Shown here one piece after another: positions 14,655 to 26,821 of a DNA stretch of 64,000 bases. The position numbers and the translations under genes were made by a program. The stretch's first letter is position 1. Each line of letters starts with the position of its first letter. The notes below the pieces were generated by a model. It had not been told where the DNA came from. It worked only from the letters and a program-made list of their open reading frames with translations, and searched no databases. The DNA comes from Vicugna vicugna (Eukaryota). Location: positions 1,763,524-1,827,523 of the forward strand of contig MU057744.1 of the NCBI GenBank assembly GCA_013265495.1, read 5' to 3'.

Positions 14655-14825
14655 AAAAAATTTTTCTGTTGATTCCCAGCAAACATTTAAAAATGAGTAA
14701 TCTCAAATGAAAAAGAAGTAGCCCTTTGCAGCTTATTGTCTGACAATAATACATCCTTGATACCAAAGCCCAGATCAGGGTAGTATGGGGAAGGGAAGTT
14801 GTAATCCTGCCTCACTTACGGGCAT

Positions 14826-15350
14826 TGTTGGCTGATCAAAATGCCCAGCCTAGAGGTTGACAATTATGTTTTATTTGGTGGACTCTCTGAGGACTTCAGG
14901 CCTGGGAGACAGCCTCTCAGATCACTCTGAGGGACTGCTCTGAAGAGGTAGGGGGAGAGCCAGGGTAGAGAGGAGTTTTTGCAACAAAGACTAGGTAGTG
15001 GGAACATCAGAAGATTACTGTTAATTAAAGAAAACCAGACATCTCCAGTTAAGGAATTTAGCACTTTTCTGTGTATGGGAAGGTGCAAGGGTCTGGGCTC
15101 ACTGAAATCATTCTTTTGATGTGCACCGTAGCTGTCCAGGGCCCGTGTCCTGTTCTCTCCCAGCCGGGGGCCCCTCTGAGTGCACTGTTGGGGTGGCAGC
15201 AGTGGCTGAGGGCTGGGCAGCCAGCAGCCCCTTTGTCTCCATCCTGATTCCCTCGGGGCTCCCCGTCGGGGCGGGGCGGGGCGGCTGTAGTGGCTTGATG
15301 GCCGCAGCATCCTTTGTTTGCTGAAGGGCAGGCAGCATTTTTCAGTCACA
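14826..15350 (-). mobile_element. ERV1-type solo LTR inserted in an old L1 ORF2
   Basis: TG...CA ends; 4-bp TSD GCAT at 14822-14825 and 15351-15354; minus-strand AATAAA near 14870; homologous to 20358-21478. Confidence 0.9.
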
Positions 15351-15912
15351 GCATAGATGCAGAAGTACTAAGTAAAAATTGCCGAACTTAACTGAACGGT
15401 TTATTAAAAAGTACATTACAGCCAAGCTAAGTTAGTTCCAGTAATAAAAGGATGGGTTAATATTAGAAAATATATTTATTAAATTCACACCCAATAGAGT
15501 AAAGGAGAAAATTCATACAATCATCCCAATACATTTAGAAGTAAATATTTCATAAATTGTTTTACTTGTATTAAGTGAAACTCTCGACCTGCTGCAGAGT
15601 TTGATGAGTGGAGTCCAAACAATGTAAGAATGAAGAAAAATGCAGCTGGAAAGGAATCCATTCCCAGAGCTTTGTGGTTCCCGGTATTTAATATCCCTGA
15701 GTAACTGAGATTTTAAAAAAAGGTTTAAATGAGAATAAAATTCTCGACTGAATACCAGTGCCATATATTCAGACTTCTCTTTCACACTTACCTGTTTTCA
15801 ACACAGAACGTAGTAGGTCAGAAGCTGGTTGCTTGTGTGCGTCACCGAGGAAGAAGAGGTAGTATGGGCTGTGAAAAACAGTCCGTCATCTGGAGTCATC
15901 TGAGAGGTTTTT

Positions 15913-16063
15913 TTTTTTTTTAAGAAATCTCATTTATTTATCTATTTGGGGGGGTAGGTAATTGGGTTTATTTATTTACTTATTTATTTTTAATGGAGGT
16001 ACTCAGGATTGAACCCAGGACCTCGTGCACGCTAAGTCTGTGCTCTGCTCTTCCCCTCTGCTG
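15913..16063 (-). mobile_element. tRNA-derived SINE of camelid type (vic-1-like)
   Basis: T-rich tail on + strand; B-box-like ggattgaacccaggacc; near-identical TSD TCTGA(G/A)AGGTTTTT at 15899-15912 and 16064-16077. Confidence 0.75.
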
Positions 16064-16689
16064 TCTGAAAGGTTTTTGAAACTAGTGCTGATGTCCCTCC
16101 CTCCGGCACCACTTTCTTACCTCTGACGCGTGAAGCCAGAGGGGGAAGTGGTATCTCTCAGGCATATTGGGGCAGATGAGAGGCTAAGGGTGGTGTTTTC
16201 AATGCATATGTGTATATATGTATGTTTAAGGTGACTTTTTGAAATGAATGCCTAGAAGGAAGCGGAATGTGCAGTCTCATGGTTATACGGTTCATGTGGA
16301 CACAAGCACATGCACAAAATTCAGCTTATGTAAATATTTACCTAAACGAAAAATTGCGTTACAAATGCAGCTGGATTTTCTCTGTCGTGATGAGGTGCTG
16401 TGATTGTGAAGAAAAAAAATATTTACATACTCCTTTTTATGTGTAGCGAGTAAATTTCACAGACCACAAAATTTAAGATGATAATACGTAATGTTCTTCA
16501 TTTTATCTCATCGGGCTTAATTTTGTCTTTAAACCCAGTGGGCCTTGCAGGCAGAATGCAGCTTGATGGTGGAAACCCAGTCTCAGTCTGTTCAGTGCAA
16601 ACCAATTAAAATCACTGTTTCCTGTGTCTGTTCTCACCTGTGGGCTGTGGCTCAGATGTCTTCTTCTCAAAGCATCCTTCTCTGCCTCT

Positions 16690-16940
16690 TTCACATCGTG
16701 CCCTATTTTACACGCTCTACCTCTCATGCCCCCTCTTCTGCTTGATTTTTCCTCACAGCACTTACATCTTCTCACATGCCATTATTTTATGTTTATTTTG
16801 TTTACTGCCAGATTCCTCATCTAAACATAAATTCTACAAAGACACAGATTATTTGTCCATGTTGATCAGTGATCTGTCATTGGTTCCTAGAACAGGGCCT
16901 GAAACATTAAACCACAGGATGAACATTTGTTGTTAGTTTG
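16690..16940 (+). mobile_element. L2 3' end
   Basis: ttcctagaacagggcctg...aacatttgttg, an L2 terminus. Confidence 0.55.
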
Positions 16941-17061
16941 AATTCAGGGTTTACAGCCTTGTTGCTTTCGGGGCTGTGTGCATTTGGGACACTTGGCTGG
17001 TGCGGAGGAGCCACTGGCCCTTGGGTATCCCCATTTGAGTTTGCTCTCAGGGACTGAATTA

Positions 17062-17458
17062 TGTTAGAGGAAACCAGAGCCAGACAGAAGTCAGAGCCAT
17101 AGAGGCAGATTTTATTCAGGAACTACTGCAGTAGGGGAGGAGAGCCCCTCAGTATTGTGAATACAGCAAGGCCAAGTGGGGGTTTCAGCCAAGGATCAGG
17201 GAGGGGTCAGTTAATGGAAACTTACTAAGACATTGAGGAAGGGGGTGTTCTGGTAAAACCAGCTTGATGGGGTGCTTGCTGAAGGCAGACCACAGTGATA
17301 CAACATTGGGGGTGGGGGGGGTTGCTAAACTGATCCAGCAAGATTTGTACTCAAATTGGACTAAATGGAAGAAGGACAGAGCCCAAGGTCAGAGGCAGAG
17401 TCGGAAAGAGGACTCAGAGGAGCCTGATTCGAGTTTGGTCCGAGGAGCGTCTTTGTTA
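17062..17458 (-). mobile_element. Older ERV (MER-type) solo LTR
   Basis: TGTTAG start; minus-strand AATAAA near 17112; end gaggagcctgattcgagtttggtc...tctttgtta resembles MER-class LTR termini. Confidence 0.65.
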
Positions 17459-20357
17459 GCTGTCGTCTTCGTCCCTGCTGGCACCTGTGGGAGGCCTGTT
17501 TCCCTGCCCATCTTTGGCTCACATGCCAGTTTCTCCTCCCCATCTCTTTGAGTCCTCCAGGTCCCTGCTCTTCTGCCAGCTTCATTCATGCCTCTTGAGG
17601 AGCGGGAAGCCTGCCCTCTCTGCAGACTCGGGGCTTGCAGTCTCGGTGCAGGAGGAGGGAAGGTTGTCTGCCATCCTGGGTGTGGTTTCCTGCCGTATCT
17701 GTCCTCCTGAAGTTGTGCTGCACCAGGGCTTGGGGGTGGTGGGGAGGGGTTCTGGGACCCGGCCGTGTTCCTGGGTACCACCTGGTAAGCAGGTCAGAAG
17801 TTCCCCTCCGCGCTGGGATCTGTCCGGTCTCCACGGGGCAGGGGTGGAGAGCACTGGCTTTCCTCTAAGTCTCCTCTCCTCTGGGCTCTGGAACCTCAGT
17901 CTGTCTGGCCCTGGAGAGTCTGGTCTCCCTTTGTGCCTCAGCACTGCCGGGCCTTGCTCTTTTGGTATCAGAATTAGGGCTTTACTATCAGATGGTCTTT
18001 TTCTAAACACTTGTCTCAGCTGATCTACCTCGCGGGTCAGAAGCATCCAGCTACATTGCGCCCGGGGGAGCAATAAATGTTTCTTATTTAAGCTGCTAAA
18101 GTATAAAAATAAAGACTGTTGTCTCTGTAGTGCATTTTCAAAGCCTATTTTGAAAACCCAAAAGTCAAGAATAGCTTTTTTTTTAATCTCTCTCTTGACA
18201 TGACCCTTTCTTAGGGCAGTGGCTATCTCATGGTTTTGTTTCAGAGGGGCTGCGGGGCACAGGAAGGCCTTGGAGTAAAAAGAAATTGAGGGCAGGGGGA
18301 GGCACAGGGCACATCCTCATGTTACACGTTTATTCAAAACCAGCCCAGAGAGGGGAAGCAGCAGAACCGTACCCCGTCCTTTCCCTCCACCTTCTCCACT
18401 GAACTGTGCTTGTCTTGAGGAGGGTTTTTGAATGTTCTCTGTCTCCTTTTTGGGAGAATGTCAGCCTAGTATTCATTTTTAGTAGATATGCTTCCAGCAA
18501 AACTTGTTCTTAATATCTCTGGTGTGCAGTCATCTGAGATTTTCCCATTTGTTCCAAGGTACTTGAAGGGCTGATTTGGTTTGAAATTTACAACTAGCAT
18601 GTGCTGCACTCGGACATCATCTCTTCGTGTTGACTGTGCATCTTTCATGACATGATGACTCCAGGCTTCATTTAACCTGAATCAGACTAGACTTAACAAG
18701 CGAGCTCGAGAGGTGGGAGAGGCTGGGAAAGAAAGAAAAGACTTGCTTCCTAGTGTTTTTGGTATGCTGCCGTGTTTTTGTTGCATCACTTTAATTGGCC
18801 CTTTTGTGATTTTATACTGAACATTTTTTTTGAAAGTCTGTTTTAGAATTCCTGCTTAGGAAAAATGTGGGTCAGGTGGGGATGAAACACAAAACTGAAT
18901 TGCTACTTAACATGGCATTTCATCCGTGGGGCCAAGTATTATCAATTTTTTGTTCACATCTTTGGTAATTTGATGCAAATGGAACTGGCAGTTTGCCAGG
19001 TTTTTCCCCCAGGCAGAGAAGTATTTTAAAAACTCTTTTGCTGTAAGGAAACTGAAGCCCATTCAGTTTATGTAATTTATTAATCTCCCTGTTTTTTAAA
19101 AAAAATTTATATACTACATCAAAATAAAACTAGGAGCTAATAACTACAGAAGAATTTGATACTTTGGAAATGAATGTATTGAATATATGTTTAGTTCCAA
19201 ACATATTTCTTATGAGCTAAATTTGCAAGATGGTTGATGGCACCGCAGCTTTGCATATTAAAGTAACAGAAGTAAAACTATACCTACTAGAGAAATAGGC
19301 TGGAGGAGAAAGAGGTCTGTTGACTGATTTGGCAGAGTTTTCCCAGGAAGCTCGGGAGAATGTAGCACACAGATGTCTTTAATATGAGCGTATTTTGTAT
19401 TAGTAGAATTACTAGTGATGTGACTTTTCCCTATTGTTTGGGCTGTGAAATTCTGTTTCCCAAGAATTGTAGCAGTCTTTCCTTTATTTCTTTTAAATTT
19501 CTGAAAGTGAGTCTAAAACTTAACTTGTAACCCGTTAGCTTCCAAGATTCAGGTCAATTACATTTAATTTAAAAGCTTCATTCTTTGCTCTCTTTCACTC
19601 AAAAGAAAGTGTATTAGTAGTTGGTTGATCTTTCTGTGCCTAAGTTGTATGAATAAGATGGAATGGACAGTATTTGCTAAAGCACATTTATGCACTTTTG
19701 AAAAAATCTCATTTTGCCGTAATGATTTGATTCTTACTTTGTCATGTCTCACAGGCAGAAAGATGGTTTTATACGTCATCGTTGATCCTCTTAGTTACAG
19801 CATTCATGATGTTATCATTTTTATCAAACTACTGAAGTTGAAGACTGTTCATTTCAAGGATATCTGTATTTATTTTTACTGTGAAGGTGATTTGAACTAC
19901 AACAGTGTGGAAATAAGGGTCAGGTGAAATGGGAGTTAGTAACTTTGGATGGGATTATTAGCCATTTGAAAGAACCACTTTAAACTAAATTCTTTCTTAC
20001 ACAGGCTTATGAAGAAACACAAGTAGAATAAATTGTAGTCTACATCTGAAAATGAACATGAACTAATTATTGTGCTGTTTCAAATCAGCAGGTGTAAATG
20101 CATCTCTGTAGGTTTTCATTGTGACCACAAATTAAAGCAACTCCAGTAGATACTCTATATAAGAAGAGGAAAATTTACAAAATAAAGAGAAATGCCTATG
20201 CCAACATTATATAGTATACACATATCCTGTACGTGCATACTGTAGACATGTAGTGGAATGTGCGGTTCTACTGTAGGTTAGTAGAACTTATCCATAATTT
20301 TTTTTAAAGAAAGTACCCTTCAGGAAGTCCTCCCCACTCCAAAGAAGACACTGCTGG

Positions 20358-21478
20358 TGTCGACTGAAGTAAAATGCACCACCTGTATGCTGAGCGTACG
20401 TTTTTATTCAGTGGACTTTCCGAGGACACGAGCCCAGGAGGCAGCCTCTCAGATCGCTCTGAGAGACTGTTCTGCTCAGGCAAGGGAGAAGGCAGGATGT
20501 ATAGGAGTTTTTGCAAAAAGACTAGGTAGTTGGAACATCAGAATTTGGGGGGAGAATAGGTTCTTGCCTCACGCAGTAAAGAATTCAAGAGCAAGGCATG
20601 GTAGAGTGAAAGTCAGTTTATGTAGAGAGAGACACATTCCTTGGACAGAGTGCAGTCTGTCTCTCCCAGAAGGGAAAATGGCTTAGGAGACACACACTCC
20701 GCAGGCAGCGTGTGGGCCTTCGCAGAGAGGTGAGAGGGAGAGAAGCCGGGAGGGGTGGGGCGGGTGTTTACAGGAAAGGCAGACGCACGCTCTGCAGACA
20801 GGAGTGCGGCCAGCTCAGAAGGCGAGCGTGACAGAGCGAGAGCAGCAGGGAGGGCGAGAGCCGCTGTGAGGTGCGGGGTTGTCAGGTTTGTGGACTGGGT
20901 AATCTCACATGCTAATGGGTAGGAGGATTATTCCAGCTACTTTGGGGAAGGGGCGAGGATTTCCAGGAAACGCCCCCCGCCCACTTTGACCTTTTATGGT
21001 CAGTGGGGGAACTGGCAAGGCGCCAGTTGCTGTGAGGCTCAACATCTACTGGAGATCCAGTTTTCTGCCATCTTGTTGTAACCAGTTTGTCCTGTCCTCA
21101 GTTGCTGTGTCATTCCTTCAGTGGTTGTGCCCTGCCCCCTTTCCTCCCACTTCAAAAAGGCTACTGTTAATTAAAGAAAGCCAGATATTCTCAAGTTAAG
21201 GAATTTTGTGCTTTCCTACATGTAGGAAGGTGCCAAGGTCTGGGTTCATGGAAATCATCCCTCTGATGTGCACCTAGCTTTATGGGACCAGTGTCCCATT
21301 CTTCCACATCCTGAGTCCCCTCAGGGGACACTGCTGGGGGGGCTGCAGAGGCCAGGCCGCCTGCTTGTGTCCATCCTGAGTTCCCTCCGCTCACTGTCGG
21401 GGCGGCGGCAGTGGCTGATGACTTGGTGGCCGCAGCACCCTTTGTTTACTGGTACGGCTGCAGTACTTTTCATTCACA
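20358..21478 (-). mobile_element. Second solo LTR of the same family, carrying a nested insertion
   Basis: TG...CA ends; TSD CTGG at 20354-20357 and 21479-21482; colinear with 14826-15350 except for about 610 bp extra at 20541-21154. Confidence 0.88.
20541..21154 (-). mobile_element. Nested LTR-like element (different family) inside the solo LTR
   Basis: Absent from the paralogous LTR at 14826-15350; right end is ...cccacttCA; contains degenerate repeats of about 50 bp; left boundary and TSD unclear. Confidence 0.7.
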
Positions 21479-21773
21479 CTGGGAATCAGTCCACATTAGA
21501 ATCAGTTGCAGGGGAAGGAGCTTTCCTCTTAAAATTTACATGAGCCTCACTAAGGTAGCAAAAGCTCTAGTCAATTATTCATTTGTTTCAAAATTCTGCC
21601 TTACGTGTGTCCTCTGTGACAAGGGGAAGGGCTCAGAACCACTGGAAAATGAAAGAAGAAAGAGAATTGTGTGCTGTGGTGTTACCGTGTGCTGGGCGAT
21701 CGTGGGGAAGGCCAGGAGGAGGGGGAGAAGTAGAGGTGGAAGGTAGGAGAGCACAGGAGACCAACTTCTGTAC

Positions 21774-22340
21774 TGTTGCCCGGAACACGACTTCTTTCAC
21801 CGAACTCACCGCTCAAAAATCAATAGTCAGAGACGAATGGTGGTAGAAAGGAAAGTTGCGTTTAATCAGAATGCCGGCAATCTGGGGGTGTGTTGGACTG
21901 AGTGTCCCCAGAAGACCATCTCTGAAGAGTCTACTTGGATTCTATGGGAGTTTGGAAGGGAAAAGGGGAAGTGATCTTAGTTAATCCCCAGGTGGGCAGA
22001 GTAACCGCTTCCCCCATGCCTGCAGGCTGGTTGACTTCTTGTGATCTTTCCTTAGATGCTGTCTTGTTTGCACAGTTTGTTCTCAAGATTACTGAAGGGG
22101 AAGCTAGGGACAGATCTGGTCATCTGTTAATTACTTCTTCTCCATCCCTGCTCCTTTGATCTGCGGAGACAACCAGCAGGTTAGGCAGTGTATCCTGTGA
22201 TCAAAAGATGTGCAAGGTGTGCTTGGGCGGAGATGTGTAGGGCGTGGGGGCGCCAGCGTGAGGGCTGTGACAAGACAGAGGGGCTCGTGTGGGAAGTTCT
22301 CTCCTGCGGAAAGCTGCTTACACTTCCAGCGCAACCTGTT
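21774..22340 (-). mobile_element. Solo LTR-like element (ERV1-like), right boundary approximate
   Basis: Begins TGTTGCC; minus-strand ATTAAA near 21862; LTR-like composition; no TSD resolved. Confidence 0.6.
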
Positions 22341-24054
22341 CAACGTGGAAATTAGCTAGCTTGATCACCTCTAGGTGCATTTGAAATGTATTTGGTACAC
22401 TTACTTGAAGAAAATAAGAGCTTGTATGTAGGCTATGCTTATAGTTTACAAATCTGTCCATTTAAACATCAAAATTCTATAAAATACAGTGATTTGTATG
22501 AGTGATTAAAAAATCCCATATGGCTTCCTTATAGAAGAACAAAGAAAATATATTGTTTATTCCCCAAACATGCAGAGTCCTGACTTAAAGTAGAACCAAA
22601 TGTCATGTCTATAAATTTAGTTTATGGATGTAAATTAAATGTCCTAAGGCAATAATTAGCCATTACTTTTGCACCTGCCCGACCAACTGATCTACTTAAA
22701 CCAAAGGAAATCTTTCTAAAACTTTTGCCTATAGATAAATCATTTATAAAATACAGGATGCTTTATCATGAAGTAGGAGTAATTCAGGTAAAGTCAACTG
22801 TATTCAGCCTTAAATTATTTATTGCTTGTGATGTCAACTCCCTGCTGTTAAGGAGCTTACCTTGTAATCACGCTAGCCATGGCCCGGAATAATTAGAAGA
22901 AGAAAAATGACCTATAGTTCTCTTTCAGACAGCATTTTCTCATGTTCTGATCATTTTTTTAATTCAGCATAATTATCTGGTGAATTTTCTTCTCTCTGTG
23001 TGCACCAAAGGAGACTCTCAGATGAAGATGCATGTCTCAATATTAATCTTGTAAATAAAGTTAATTCTTTCAAAAACATGTAGATTGAGAGGCTTCTTCT
23101 CTCTCCCAGGGAACTCTTTTAAGTATAATGACAATTAGAAAAACAGATCAGAAACAGATCCTGGCCTCCAGGCATGGTTGATTGAAGGGGACACAGCAGT
23201 GACAGAAAAGGAGAGAGAAGCAGCTGTAAAATAGGCTTCGTGCCGATCTTGTGATTTGATAGAATGAGGCAGCGTGTGCGTGTGTGTGCGTGTGTGTGCA
23301 TGTTCATGTGTATGTATGGCAGAGCAGTACCTTTGCCCTGATGCATGTGTGCTGAAAGTTTTGTGTTTTCAATTTTATATTTCTTCGAAAGGATTAAAAC
23401 TTCTTGTTTTAGTACTTGTTCTCCCCAGCTCAGAGTGTGGAAATAGTCTCTGGTAAGAGTTCCCTAAAATGCAGGCCTTAACCATATTTCAGTTGGTGAT
23501 GCACCTGGGGTTTCCTAGTCTGTTTTATCTGGAGGCTTCCTGAATGATTTAAGTAGGAACAGCAGTAGGGAAATAAAGTATGAATGCATTAATGTTTCCC
23601 TGTAGAATAATGAGCAGGTAGTACCTGACAGGACGCACGGGTTTCTGAAATAAATATCACATCAATACAACACGTAAATGTTGAAGGAACATGATGACTT
23701 AGCAGGATGGGAGATTCGTCAGATGTTTTAATGGATTACCTGTACTTTGATTTATGCTGCACAAAAGCCTCTACTGTTAGGAACACAACAGTGATAAAGT
23801 TAAGAGATGGGTGTTGTCTCATTTCTGTTTTATTGACGTAAAAATGAAAACATAAACATTTTCCAGCTGATGAGCGTTCAGCTTAAGCGAAAGGGGCCCA
23901 GCTTTGCTGACAGACATGTTCCCACTGGTCACCCCTGTGCTTCATGGAGCAATAAGAATTAGGAACAGTTGGAATCAAGACTATTAGAGGGATTTTGAAA
24001 CCTTGGTTTTCTTGGAGAGGCCCATTATATATTTCTTTTTGTTCTGCTTTGTAG

Positions 24055-24214
24055 TTACCAGCTGACGAGTGGGTACAAGCCTGCCCCGATGGACCTGAGC
24101 TTTATCAAACTCACCCCATCTCAGGAAGCGATGGTGGACAAGTTGGCGGAAAATGCTCATAACGTGTGGGCCCGGGATCGAATCCGCCAGGGCTGGACCT
24201 ACGGCATCCAGCAG
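24055..24214 (+). CDS. RYR2: RYR2 coding exon (~exon 26), Repeat12
   Basis: ttgtag|TTACCAG...CAGCAG|gtacag; 160 bp; [53 protein letters not shown]. Confidence 0.96.
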
Positions 24215-25153
24215 GTACAGGGGAGCCTCCCTGTACAGCGCTCGCTCTGGGGGTGACTTAGGTGGGGATTAGTACTGTTTGTGACAGGAGACATCAGAGA
24301 ATGACCGCTGTGACGCTTACATCATATAGATACCCTAATGTACACATGCCCTGACACACCTGTTCAGTGCTGGGCTCGGGAGTCAGTGCGTGGCCACTCA
24401 CAAACACAATAGAACAGTTTGCTGTTGTGCTAAATGCCGGTCTCTATGCCTAGAGTTTTATGTGTATTTTTTTCCTTTAACTCTTACAACAATTCCATGA
24501 AGCAGGAATGATTTGCCAGGATCATAAGACAGGCCGTCTTCTTGCTTCGACAACACCATTTTAATCACATTATAAACTTGGAGCCTGTTTCATGAAGGAC
24601 AAATCGTGACGTTTATAGTCATTTCAGTACTCCTGGTATTACCTGGTTTTCCTGGTTGTTGGAGTCGACGTAATGCATATTTCTCAAGCTGTCTGAGGTC
24701 ATGGAGTGGCTGTCCACACACTGGGTTTTCTCTGAGAAAGAGACAGCAGCCTCATGTTGTCCATTGGCTCAAAAGTCAGAGAGGACGGCTACTAATTAGG
24801 CTCTTCTTGTAGCAGAGGCTTGCCAGTCATCTTGGCAAGGGCGTGGTAAGTTCTCCAGGTCAGCCCGTTGCCTCGTGAAGTGGCAGACGGGAGACGGCTC
24901 TCGAGATGCTTAAAGCCGGCTTTTGTTCCTGCTGTTGTGTTCACGTTTTCTCCTGGTGGAGAGCGCCTGCTCTCAGTGGTTAGACCTCCCTACCGGTGGT
25001 GGCTCAGTAACGCCCGCAGCCTGAGAAGACAAGGCAGGGGAAGGCGTGGTGTCCGCCTCAGACACTGCAGCCTGCGAGGTGTGTGGTGGCTGTCTCGTTT
25101 CCAGAAGCGGCTGGTGGCACATTGATGGTCACGCAGCTGCTTCCTCCCTGCAG

Positions 25154-25301
25154 GACGTAAAGAACAGAAGAAACCCGCGCCTCGTTCCCTACGCCCTTCT
25201 AGACGACCGAACCAAGAAATCAAACAAGGACAGCCTCCGCGAGGCGGTGCGCACGCTGCTGGGGTACGGCTACAGCCTGGAGGCGCCCGATCAAGACCAC
25301 G
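25154..25301 (+). CDS. RYR2: RYR2 coding exon (~exon 27)
   Basis: ctgcag|GACGTA...GACCACG|gtactg; 148 bp; [49 protein letters not shown]. Confidence 0.96.
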
Positions 25302-26049
25302 GTACTGTCCTCTCCCCGTCCGTCCTCTCCCTGTTTGTCCTTGCTGCAGCGTCACGGTGGGGGCTTTGCAGCCAAGCGCGGGAATGAAAGGGGGAGCCCG
25401 GCAGTCTCAGTGTGTAGCTGCGGCCGAAACTTTGGAGCCCTCTTCCTGAAGGACGCTTGAAGGGTTAGGTCATCCCTCAGCAGAGTGGCTCAGGGCCGCA
25501 GGGATGGAGGGGAGGAGTTGGGTTTCCCTTCCCGAAGAGTCTGTGCGAACAGTGGCTCTGTAACCCTGATCTTGCCCCAGCCCACCAGCTCTCCTAAGAG
25601 GAGCTCGTCTGAGGTGTTTGTGGGTGTACACCGGTAGTGGGAGCTAGGGTTTCCCAAACCTTCATTATTTATACTCTTAAGCATAAGCCATATTAATTAA
25701 TTAATTAGTGCAATATTTTGCTTTAAGGGGAACACTGTAGAAAGGCACTTAAGAAGTATGTGTTGAATAAATGAATTTTAAAAGGTTCTATGAAGAATAC
25801 ATTTCCTCTAAGATAATACCTTTTAAGAATATGGTTTAAGATGTCAACTCCTTAATCCTTTGCTCCTGCAGTTTGAGTTGGTCTTAATATCCATGTTTTA
25901 AATTTGGCAAAAATGGTGAGTTCTGTGTGTTTCATTATAGTACCTGTATTTTTGGATAGAAAGTTTAAAATCTGTGCCACGTATTCTCTTATGACTGATA
26001 CTTTCAGTGTAGTGTATGTGCATAAGTGTTCAACCTTAAATAGCAATAG

Positions 26050-26240
26050 GTAATGTTTACATAGTGCTCGTCATGTGTAACAGGTGTTTATGAGACCTTC
26101 ACAATTATTTAATCCTCACAGTAAGTCTATGAGGATGCTCTGTGTACTGTGCTCATTTTACAGATAAGGCAACTGAGATTCAGAGGCTTTCCATCTAGTA
26201 AATGGGAGAGGCAGATGCCAAGCCCAGATTTCAGTCCTTT
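26050..26240 (-). mobile_element. MIR SINE
   Basis: MIR core ttaatcctcacag...cattttacagataaggcaactgag. Other MIR remnants at about 3930-4160, 10940-11000, 36150-36260, 47190-47290 and 49620-49770. Confidence 0.7.
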
Positions 26241-26821
26241 GAGTTGAGTCACTAGGTAGGTAGCATCTTGACAGCTCTTAGTAGGTACTGAATCCTTCTA
26301 TTTACTGCAAGTAAAATTAGCTATCTATCTGGTAACAGTAATATTCATAATCGTAATATAACTTCTTAACTTGAGGTCAGCTTCATAGCTACAAATATTT
26401 GGTAGACTTGTATTATGAAGCAGATGTTGCTAGGTATACAAGATCCGGAAAAGGCCCCTGTCTTAAAGGATGTGTGGTCCACACGACCTCTGGGATGGGA
26501 GCAAGTGATAAAAGCCTTCTAAGCCAAGACCTGACAGCTGGGAAGAGTTCTGCAACTGTCTGGTGTAGATTAAGCCCTCGACACTAACTGCTGTTTTTCA
26601 GATATTTTTAATTTGAGGTGTGATTTACATATAATTAGCAAATTTTGACAGTTGTATACATGAGGCACCACCACCCAAAGCTACACGTGGAACATTTTAT
26701 TCATCACAGGCTTCCTCTGCCCCCAGAGTAACCACTTTCTAACTTCTATCATCACAGATCAGTTCTCATGCTCTTCTTATACTAGGCACAAAGGAAATCA
26801 CTGTAAAATATTTTATCTTTT

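Larger units (their letters stand above)
12215..15560 (+). mobile_element. Series of old L1M fragments (3'UTR piece and decayed ORF2), interrupted by LTR 14826-15350
   Basis: L1 3'UTR motifs at 12215-12650; ORF2-like ...catagatgcagaagtactaagtaaaa resumes right after the LTR TSD. Confidence 0.65.

Noticed and set aside
14864..15349. 161-aa ORF spanning the solo LTR
   Set aside because: Not conserved as an open frame in the paralogous LTR, which is interrupted; no retroviral protein similarity.
14826..21478. One provirus bounded by two related LTRs
   Set aside because: Each LTR has its own distinct TSD and there is no gag, pol or env between them.
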